39,168 nucleotides of DNA, taken from the IMG/VR virus record IMGVR_UViG_3300047561_001072, positions 1-39,168 of that record. One strand, given 5' to 3'. The translations under genes were made by a program, and so were the position numbers. Positions 18,181-27,500 of this stretch are shown in pieces. The stretch comes from a virus. Taxonomy: Duplodnaviria > Caudoviricetes. The stretch's first letter is position 1; every line of letters starts with the position of its first letter. The notes below the pieces were generated by a model. The model did not search any database, was not told where the DNA came from, and saw nothing but the letters and a program-made list of their open reading frames with translations.

Positions 18181-19122
18181 TTACACCTGTACGATATTTC
18201 TCACCTTTGTGGCGATTCCCATCCATCGAGCACCTAGATTGGCAGAGTGATAAGCTTGAGCAGCCCACAATACAGCACTTACATCATATTTTCCATAATT
18301 TGCATTTGTATAATCTAATGACTTTGGAATCATATTTACAGAATATTCAAAAGTATCTTGTGCACCAAAATAATCGTAGAAGTTATATTCTTTCATTTTA
18401 AACAAAGAACTAAAAGCATCAAATTTGTAATTACCTTTCCAAGCAGGATTAATCTGAGATGTTCCTGGAAGATATTGGTTATCTTGTAAACCTGAAGCAT
18501 TTGCCAAATCAATCACCATAGTAACTGTACCGTTAACATGTGAATAACTAAAGCCCGATCTAACTGCACCATATTGAGCATTGATTACGGTATAATCGGT
18601 ACCTAAAGAAGAAGCATTACCTAAAATATAAGGAGCAACCGTTTGATTTGTAGTACCTATACCTGAAACTAAAGGAGGACTATATTGTGCATTTGAGAAA
18701 TTCGTAATGTAAGACGGGGTGCCAGAAGCATCAACTGAACCAGCATAAGAATTTACTGTTGTGAATTGTAAATCTAAAGAACCAATAGTTGTGATGAGAA
18801 AATCGGCACCCAGTGAAGCAATATCGGTCAAACGTAAAGCACTATTTGCAGTAGTACCTTTGGTGTTAACTTCTACACTTTGAGTAAACACCACATTACC
18901 ACTAATTGTTGTGTTACTAGCGGATGTTGATACGAGATTTAAACTTGGACCCCAAGACGCTGAATTGGCTTGAAGTGTTATCCATCCATCTGTTGATGTG
19001 AATGTATTGGCGTCATAGATTGCTAAACCTAAATCATTTTTAGTAACTATGTTTGCCGTTGTAGTATTGGCAGGACCAATTGATATGGCATTGGCAGAAA
19101 TTCTTGATAATCTTTTTACCAT
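18181..19122 (-). CDS. Hypothetical structural/receptor-binding-like protein, paralogue A (313 aa)
   Basis: Ser/Thr/Asn-rich beta composition; full-length similarity to 17055..18089. Confidence 0.8.
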   Translation of the reverse strand: MVKRLSRISANAISIGPANTTTANIVTKNDLGLAIYDANTFTSTDGWITLQANSASWGPSLNLVSTSASNTTISGNVVFTQSVEVNTKGTTANSALRLTDIASLGADFLITTIGSLDLQFTTVNSYAGSVDASGTPSYITNFSNAQYSPPLVSGIGTTNQTVAPYILGNASSLGTDYTVINAQYGAVRSGFSYSHVNGTVTMVIDLANASGLQDNQYLPGTSQINPAWKGNYKFDAFSSLFKMKEYNFYDYFGAQDTFEYSVNMIPKSLDYTNANYGKYDVSAVLWAAQAYHSANLGARWMGIATKVRNIVQV

Positions 19123-19123
19123 T

Positions 19124-20536
19124 CTAGTATTCGACTAACACCACACCATTAGGTATTGATGAAGTCAACCCTCTAATGTCGCCTTGGCCATAGTAATATG
19201 ATGTGTTGATAGGATTTAATCTTGTGCCGGTCACACTAAAGTCACCTGTGGTTCCTAAACCTGGATTGCCATCATTGGCAACACCATAGATATCGTAGTA
19301 AGCACCACTACCGCCAGTAGCAACGGCATAAGAACCAAATGATGATGGAGTACCTGAAGTTGCTGAACCAGTATAAGCATTTGCTGAAGCACCTTTTGTT
19401 CCAACGGTTACAGTAATGTTTTGACCTGTTGTTAGACCAGTTACATATTTGATTGCTGTACCACCTGCACCACCGTTAGCACCATATAATAGATTTGGAG
19501 AAATCATAAAACCACCGCCACCACCAATAACAGTAACTTTAACTTGACTGATACCTAGAGGTACAGTAAATGTTCCATTGGCAGTATAGATTGTACCACG
19601 ACCACCACCACCTGAAACACCAATTCCAAATGATGTAGCACTTCCAGAAACCCAAGTAGTACCGTCAGATACTAAAATATTGTTTGCTGTTCCTGGTGAA
19701 ACTGTTTTAATTGCATTTGCTGAATTACCAACCAACACACCATTTAATGTGAGTGTTGTTGAACCTGTACCACCAGCATTAACAGGTAGAGTTCCCGTTG
19801 TTAAAGTCGCTGTGTCGGTTGCATAAACTGCACCATTGGCCGTAAAAGAAGTTAAATTTGTACCGCCGTTGGCCGTAGCCAAAGTACCTGAAATTGTAAT
19901 TGAACCTGTGGTTAATGTGGTTGGAGTAAAACCAACTGTAGTTCTAACAGATGTTGCTACTGCACCCCAAGCGCCATCACCACGAAGATAATTTGCAGAA
20001 CTTGGTGTGCCTGTACCCATTCTTGCTACAGGAATTTGACCTGACGCCACATTTGCGCCATTTAAATTTGTAATTTGTGAACCATTACCAGTAAAATAGG
20101 TAGCTGAAACATTGGCAGCGGTAATAGTATTATTTGAAGTAATATTGTTTGCAGTTAAATTGGCTGCAACTTGCATTGTACCAGAAACAGTTAAATTACC
20201 TGCTGGATTCCATTTTGGTGCACCAACTGATAGTGAAGCATCTGTAACAGTACCTTGACCAGGAGCAATAATTGTAGTTTGACGAGAATTAAATCTCAAA
20301 TAGATGTTATCAACACCAGTTTGTGGTGCTTCATAAAAAATAATGGAATTTGTTGTGTAATCCCATGTATATGATTCGTCAGGATGTTGAAGAACGTTTT
20401 CCACAACGACCCACAAATCGTAAAAAGAATTTACAACTTTTGTTAATTTAAAAGTTGTAGTTGATCCATCACCAGAGAAGTATTCTATACTAGGTGTTGA
20501 CCACGATTCTACATTTGAATTTCCAAGGTAGCCCAA
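19124..20536 (-). CDS. Tail fibre with C-terminal glycine-rich (polyglycine, gp38-adhesin-like) domain (470 aa)
   Basis: TTG start after AAGGA. N-terminal FSGDGSTTTF module, YLRGDG.W and L...GGTG shaft motifs, then GTFTVP...VTVIGGGGG...GGAGG...SSFG...ATGG. Confidence 0.85.
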   Translation of the reverse strand: MGYLGNSNVESWSTPSIEYFSGDGSTTTFKLTKVVNSFYDLWVVVENVLQHPDESYTWDYTTNSIIFYEAPQTGVDNIYLRFNSRQTTIIAPGQGTVTDASLSVGAPKWNPAGNLTVSGTMQVAANLTANNITSNNTITAANVSATYFTGNGSQITNLNGANVASGQIPVARMGTGTPSSANYLRGDGAWGAVATSVRTTVGFTPTTLTTGSITISGTLATANGGTNLTSFTANGAVYATDTATLTTGTLPVNAGGTGSTTLTLNGVLVGNSANAIKTVSPGTANNILVSDGTTWVSGSATSFGIGVSGGGGRGTIYTANGTFTVPLGISQVKVTVIGGGGGFMISPNLLYGANGGAGGTAIKYVTGLTTGQNITVTVGTKGASANAYTGSATSGTPSSFGSYAVATGGSGAYYDIYGVANDGNPGLGTTGDFSVTGTRLNPINTSYYYGQGDIRGLTSSIPNGVVLVEY

Positions 20537-20559
20537 AATATAATTCCTTTAAAATGATG

Positions 20560-20892
20560 TTACGTTGGTACAACTTCCATTATTGAAAGCCACACATCAC
20601 AACAATTGTTTGCGGATGGGGTAACAATAATACTATCATTGGCTTGCATGATCAGTTTTTGATCCAAACCAGTAACGATTAAAGAACCGCCAACAGGAAT
20701 GGTTGCATTAGCAACAATGTAGTAAGTATTTGCATTACGTTGAATTTGAACATTGGCGGAGTATGGTGCTCTCGATGTATTAGAAATAACCATACCAACA
20801 CCAACTGTTTGAGTTAAGTAAGGTGTAGTATAGATCAATCCACCAGTTGTTGAAACTTGACTTGCGGGATAAGATTTAAAAGTATTTGCCAT
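20560..20892 (-). CDS. Small conserved virion protein (MANTFK type, 110 aa)
   Basis: MANTFKS...IP.G.SL.....KL......I.V......DV.LS.ME pattern common in aquatic phage structural modules. Confidence 0.75.
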   Translation of the reverse strand: MANTFKSYPASQVSTTGGLIYTTPYLTQTVGVGMVISNTSRAPYSANVQIQRNANTYYIVANATIPVGGSLIVTGLDQKLIMQANDSIIVTPSANNCCDVWLSIMEVVPT

Positions 20893-20907
20893 TTAGTTTT
20901 CCTATGA

Positions 20908-21288
20908 TTAACTCAAAGCAATAGACATTGCCATTGCTTCATCTAATATTCTCTGTCTGAATAAAATAACAGCAGTACCACCAAGAGATTCTGTTACAAC
21001 CAAATTGGCTGTGGTTACTGTATTAACAATATTAATATTACGACCAACTTGTATATCATTGGTGGTGGTTAAAACAGTTCCAGAGCCAGTAAGTCTGATA
21101 TTGCCAGTAAATAAGGCAGTATTAGATACCTGTAAACTTGTACCCGGACTATTTAATACTAATAAACCTGTGTTTTTAGTATAAATGCCTGCAGCCAAAT
21201 CATTAACTTCTTTAGCGAGTTCATTGGTGTTAACCATCCACTCGCCAAAAGTATTGGCATAGCTTAAAATTGTAACAGTATTTGCCAT
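20908..21288 (-). CDS. Small structural protein (126 aa)
   Basis: NTF.EW...TN N-terminal motif of T4-like fibre/whisker proteins; C-terminal AMAMSIAL motif that typically precedes MANTFK-type genes. Confidence 0.7.
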   Translation of the reverse strand: MANTVTILSYANTFGEWMVNTNELAKEVNDLAAGIYTKNTGLLVLNSPGTSLQVSNTALFTGNIRLTGSGTVLTTTNDIQVGRNINIVNTVTTANLVVTESLGGTAVILFRQRILDEAMAMSIALS

Positions 21289-21509
21289 TATTGTTTATTA
21301 ACCAAAAGTTGAATTAATTGTTTGATTTGGCCAATATCATTGCGTAAATCGGTTATATCAGCGTTCATCTTATTTATCTGTTCTTTTTGTGACTTGGCCA
21401 GACGAACCTTCTCATAATACTCATTTCTGGCAGTATTATCAGTATTGATAATGGCCATACTTTCAGTATCTCTAACGAAATTAGTGTTATTTACTTTAAC
21501 TAAACTCAT
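21288..21509 (-). CDS. Conserved small coiled-coil protein (73 aa)
   Basis: Start reassigned to ATG 21509 (MSLVKV), 1 nt after the upstream stop; VRD..S.AIINTD...Y motif and heptad C-terminus typical of the gene downstream of VrlC-like genes. Confidence 0.75.
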   Translation of the reverse strand: MSLVKVNNTNFVRDTESMAIINTDNTARNEYYEKVRLAKSQKEQINKMNADITDLRNDIGQIKQLIQLLVNKQ

Positions 21510-21510
21510 A

Positions 21511-24500
21511 TTAAGCTGCTCCAGATGGTAATGCAATTGCTCGAACATCTGTCAAAAACGGAACATTGGTCTTGTCATTGGATGCCATAACAACTTTAAT
21601 TCCAAATTGAATAAATGTTGAGTAAGTTGTACCTGCTTGATTTGTGTATGAAATACCATTGGCCGGAACATCACCATAAACTCCAGGAGCAACTTCAAAC
21701 TCAATAATATCTTTTCTATCTTTGGAGTAAGCTGAAACATTGGTTGCTGGAGTCATTAACTGCCAATCTTGATTTTCCAACAATTCAGTATCACTAGCAT
21801 TTAGAATTCTGTAATATACATACACTTCAGAACCTAAAGGTTTGTATGCGCTATAGTACACTTTCAAATCACCAGAATCATTTCCTGGTGTAAGAATTAC
21901 TTTCTTAGTAAAGTACTTGGCAAATCCGTTACCACCTGTTGGCGATGTTTCACCGTGAACAGTTGCAATTGCACCAGAACCATTTGCTGAAGCATCGGTA
22001 ATTGTGATTGTTGGAGTGGTAAGGTAACCAGAACCAGGATATTCAATGTAAATATTTTCAATTCCATTAGTTGTAGTATTGGCTGTAAATCCTAATACAG
22101 CTTGATCCGAACCAATATCTGGTGAACTAACAGAAATAGTAGTTGCATTTACATTATAGTTTGTACCTTCACTTTCAATACTGATAATGTTACTACCTTC
22201 AAGACCCATATTGTTAATGTGGTTAATTACTCTAAACAAACTAACGGCATCATCAGAAATAATTGGGCTAACATACTTGTCTGTTGAAGAAAGTGTTGCC
22301 AACAATTCAAATGAAGCTTCAGATTCATTTACCAAAATTCTTTCACCTCTACCATCATTCAAGAAGATATTTTCTTGTAATGGAGTACCATATTTACCTG
22401 GAGTACAAGGAATAGGATCGGTGAGAGAATAATCACTCGTTAAAGTGGTTGTGTAGTTGTAACGAATATCACTACCTGTTGGAACAAAGTCGGTAGTTGA
22501 TATGTTAAAGGCATGCATTGGACCTGTTTGTGCACCACCAGAACCCGACAAAGTATTGATAGAATTTGCATCTGCTTTGTGCATAATCTCATTTGTACCT
22601 AATTTTCTTGTTGGTAGACCCTTAGGTACAACAAACGGTAATGTAGGTGATTGAGTAATATCAAATTCAAAATTGTTAATCACAAACATTAACTGTTTAG
22701 TTTGATCTGCTGTCCATGTAATGGAGTTTTGTGATTCAAACAATGCACCGGTGTAAGGCGCTGCACCAATTTTGGTTGGGTTTGTAGGATTTGCATCGGT
22801 TGGTAATGCTTTACCAGTAGATGGTACTGCAACTTGATTCTGTTGTCCATAATACAACTTATAATCAGAAGATGCAGATTTAACTAAAATTGCATATAAC
22901 ACGCCTGGTTGTAAATACACAGGAGCAGTAAATGTAAATTCTGTATAAGTTTTTGGATCCAAATAATGTGGTGTTGCAGATGTATTAACTTCATCAGCAT
23001 CCAATGTTACTGTTGAATAATCTAATGTTTGTCCGTTTGGAACACCATTCAATGTATTAACAAGTGATACTGTCACAGGAACAGTAGGTGTTGTACCAAA
23101 TGGAGCAAAGAACAATTTAATGGAACTTAAAAATACTCCATTTGGATAATTATCTTTAGACACAATAATAGATTGAGCAACAGGATCATGAGAACCACTT
23201 ACATTCTGTACACCATAAACTTGTTGAGCTATAGGAGTAACTTTACCAGCCGAAGAATCAATAGATGGTGAGAAGTTTTGAATATTTGTTCCTTGTAAAC
23301 CACCAGCCAAGAATACTGCTTGAGCCCATGTTGTTGCTGAGGTTGGATCTTGTGGTACTACTCGGTTGTCAATACGGAATAATTTCGAACCAGAATTAAA
23401 TACAGAACCAGGACAATTAAAGATTGCAATAAATTGGCCACGTTCATCAGTTGCCAAAGATGGTGCTTTACCACCATGGTGTATTGCATCAGCAATACTT
23501 CCAATAGTACCTTTAATTGTATACTTTGAATTTAACACACCATATTGTGAATTAGTACCCAAAGAAATATTTACTTGTTTATCTTTTGGATCTAAAGTGG
23601 CTGTCCTTGTTGCTCCATCATAAGCAATAATATCTGCCTCAAATTCATCAATTGCTGAAAACTTAATTGTTGAATTTCTAAACTGTACAGCAGTATTGTA
23701 TGCTTGTTGCCATTGAGCAGCTAAAGCCTGCCACCAACCAAATCTACACCAGTCACCATCACCACCGGCATACGGATAAGGTGGAACATATGTTGCGCCG
23801 TATTTGTATTCATAAACATATGATGATCTAATTGCAATAGTAGAACCAGTATAGAAATCATCGATGTTTGATGCGGCTGAATCTAATGTTATTTTTGATG
23901 TTCCAATATAATATGAACCACCACCCGGCATGCCGTACTCAGAACCAACTGCTGAGAAATTAATACCAGAAGGAGTTAATGAATTCCAAACAACAACACC
24001 AGAAGCATTTGTAATTGTTAAACCAAAGGCAGCTACACCACCAGTATTTGTTGCAGTCCAACTGATTGTGTGTGAGCCAGGAGAAATTGATACTGTTGTT
24101 GATGATGATGAACCATAATTTTCAATTGCAGATAAAACTTGGCTGCCATCCAAATTAATGTATGCATAATTGTCACAAGATGCTGTGATTGTATAAGAAC
24201 CGGCTGTTGTAATTGTAAATGGAAAACTAGCACTATAAGAACCACCATTATTCGCATCACCCCAAACACCGTATTGATTTAAGAATGAACTGTAAGAACT
24301 ATTGTCGGGCGCTTTGTAAATATTTGTTGGAGTAGGTTCATCTACATGAGTATAACCTCCACCAATACCAGAAACAACACCAGAAGTGTGAATTGATGTC
24401 AATGAACCATTATTGAATACTACTGTACCGGTTGCACTAGAAGAAATGTAATTTCCATTAATATCAAAAGTTGCATTAATTAAATGTGTTGTAGAAACCG

Positions 24501-27500
24501 TATTTGGTGGGTTTGTTGTTTCGGAAACATATAAACGATAGTTGGATGTATTTGGATATTTGTAAACCGAAACTACCCGAGCAACGGGATAAAAAATACC
24601 AACGTTATCTGAATAGAAACCAATAATATCATCTTGTTTAAATTTACCAGTAACATTGATTACCTCAATGGTATTTGGCATGGCCATGTATTTGTCAACA
24701 TTAACACCATCAAACCAGCAACTAATTGGAGTATTAACTGTCATGCCTCTTGCACGAACAATAATCTCTTGTGGTCGAATAAATGGTGATACTGCTGTAT
24801 TATTAACATATCCATTATCAGAAGTCATACCAGAAGCAACGGCACTAGATTTCTCACCAGACAATAAACCTTGAGTTTGACTTGCATAAGCAGTTTCTTG
24901 TGCAGCCTGAGTGTCACCTGTAGTTGTTGTGGTTCCTGGAATAGATTGGAAATCTCCACCATTTAATACGTTGATACCATTATTCTGTTGATCAAACTGC
25001 ATCTTAGGATCATTAATTGTGATTGAAGGTGGCTTAACAGTATTAACCCAATTATCAATTGGTGGGTTAAGAGTTGCAACACCTTCATAGGTAGCAATAT
25101 TAAATGGATTTACACTAATAATATTACTTGCTAATTGTTGTTTAATTAATGTTTTGATTGTGTATGGTAATGTAAAGATGTTTGTTCTGTTACCTGCCAA
25201 ACTCCATGTGGAGTAAGTATTGGTATTTTTAACTGTACCAAAAGAATTCATTGCATTAGGATTCTGTAATTGGAAATTCTCAACATCACTTAATGCAGTT
25301 AATTGTTGCTTTCTAATACTAATATTGGCAGCATAGTTTGGTGCTGAAGTTTCGGCTACACTAAACGAACTAAAATCATCAACCAAAATACCATTTTTGA
25401 AACGATTCAATCCGTTTGCATCAGGTACTTGCTGTGCAGAAGCTTTTTGCTCTAACAAGTTTAGTGTTGTGTAGTATTCCAAATTATCAACTTGTTTTTG
25501 TAAATCTGTAATGTCTGATTTAGCCCAACGCTTATGTAAAACTTTGTTAATTGATAGATTGGTTGGAACACTGCGTGATTTAGCTGGACCTTCACCTGGA
25601 ACATATGATGTATACGGATCCAATGACAGGTTTGCCAAAATGATTGAACCATCTGGCTCTGTTGGATATTGTGGAGTCAGCGCAGGTGTACCTTCAACAA
25701 TTAAGAATTTACTATCTTTTGTGAGAGCCAATCTATCTTTTCTGGCCAAATAGTAAGAGTAATCAGATTCAACACTTGACAATACTCTAGGTATTAAAGT
25801 ACCTTTAAGATTTACGTTGTTGGAGTTGGTGATTGTTTTATATTCCCACTCAAATGATGTTACACCATTTTTACGAGAAGGTCTATAATCAATAACATCT
25901 CTTAAATCATACTTTACACCACTCTTAGCTATGTATGTTGGAATCTCAGGATAAACTTCTGGTGAAGTTGACTGCAAATAAGAATTAACACTAAAGTAAC
26001 CATCACCACCAGAATGTGAATAATAATCATAAATTACCAACAAGTTACCTTTTGGTTTTGGAATACCGGCTAATAATTTGATTGAAGCGTGGTCATAGAA
26101 ATTATCTGTTTGACCATTTTTAATTGAAAAAGAATTTGTTATGTCACTATAAGAACCTAAAGCACCTGTTGGTGAATTAGAATCGATACTTAAAATCTTA
26201 GTGACTTTTTTAACGTCAGAAACATACAAACTAATATCTGAAGCTGTGATTGAAGCATTTGGAATAAATGTTTGACCAGCAGCCAAATCAATCTTGGTAC
26301 TTCCAGTAACAGTCGTTAGTGTACCAACATAAGATGTATTACCAACAATTAAATTCTTATCTTTTAGAACTAAGTTTGTATTGTTACCATTGGATACAAA
26401 CACTTGAGCAACAACATCGATACCATAGGTAATACCAGAGAATGTTGCTGATGAGAATGTTACTGTTGTTGGTGATGTAATTGTTGCATTACCTACTGTT
26501 GCATCAGTAAAGTTTAAGATTGCTCCGTTTGCACGGTTAATCAATGTAAACAGTTGTCTGAATGATTCGCCAGTAATTGCTGAGTTTAATGGTCCATTGA
26601 AATGAATTGGATCTAAAGAAGTAAGTGTAAAACTATTTGTTACGGCTGAGAAACCAACATTTCTAAAGATTTGAGTACTGTAGTATGAAGAATTGTTCAC
26701 AGCAGCAGAATATTTGTATCCGTTTTTAAATAATAATTCTGAATTTCCTGCACTCTGTAAAAGTGTGGCACTACCTGCACCATTAATTCTACCAGAATTA
26801 TCAATATTGGCAGAAGCTTCTTTGGTGTACGGAGCAGAACCTGAGATTTGATATAAACAATCAATATCAGAGATATCAAAATCAATAGCAAATTTACTTG
26901 TGCTATCTGGTGTAATGTTAAATGCACTAGAAACGGTTAACTTTTTGGCTACTCCATCATAGGCAGAAATTGTCTTAACATCTGCAATATCTGTACCACT
27001 AGTAATAATTAACTTAGAACCAACATAGGCAGTATTTGCTCTTGCAAACACACCAGCTGTATCATTGATGGTCAATGTGGTCGATGTTGCACTTGTTGTG
27101 TTACCAATAAATGTTAGTACATTAACATCAAACACATGAGCATTAAACACCTGAGTTTGTGTATTTGCTGGAGTAGTATTGTATTGGTAATCCAAATTTC
27201 TAATATAAGCTGTACCAATTTTTGTTGAATTATATTTAAGAGCAGTAGTTTTGTCAACTGTTTCAGATGGAACACAATGTAAATCAATTGCTGGCATTGT
27301 TGTAAAATCAAATAAACTCTCTAGTTTACTTACAGCAAAATAGTTACCATAATCCACATAGGTGGCATTTGGAGAAATTGTGTCGGTTGTTCTTGCACGA
27401 TTTGAAATTATTTTTAATGGACCGGTATTTTCAATTCTGTAACCACGAACATAAGCAATACCTTTACCTACAGTTAAATTATAAGTATCTGGACTGGCAG

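Noticed and set aside
18083-18268. 61-aa ORF spanning the paralogue spacer
   Set aside because: Overlaps both flanking genes out of frame and has no recognisable features; the spacer is better explained as non-coding
17055-19122. Diversity-generating retroelement or invertible tropism switch behind the paralogue pair
   Set aside because: No reverse transcriptase or invertase in the window, both genes have the same orientation, and the divergence includes indels throughout rather than adenine-only changes
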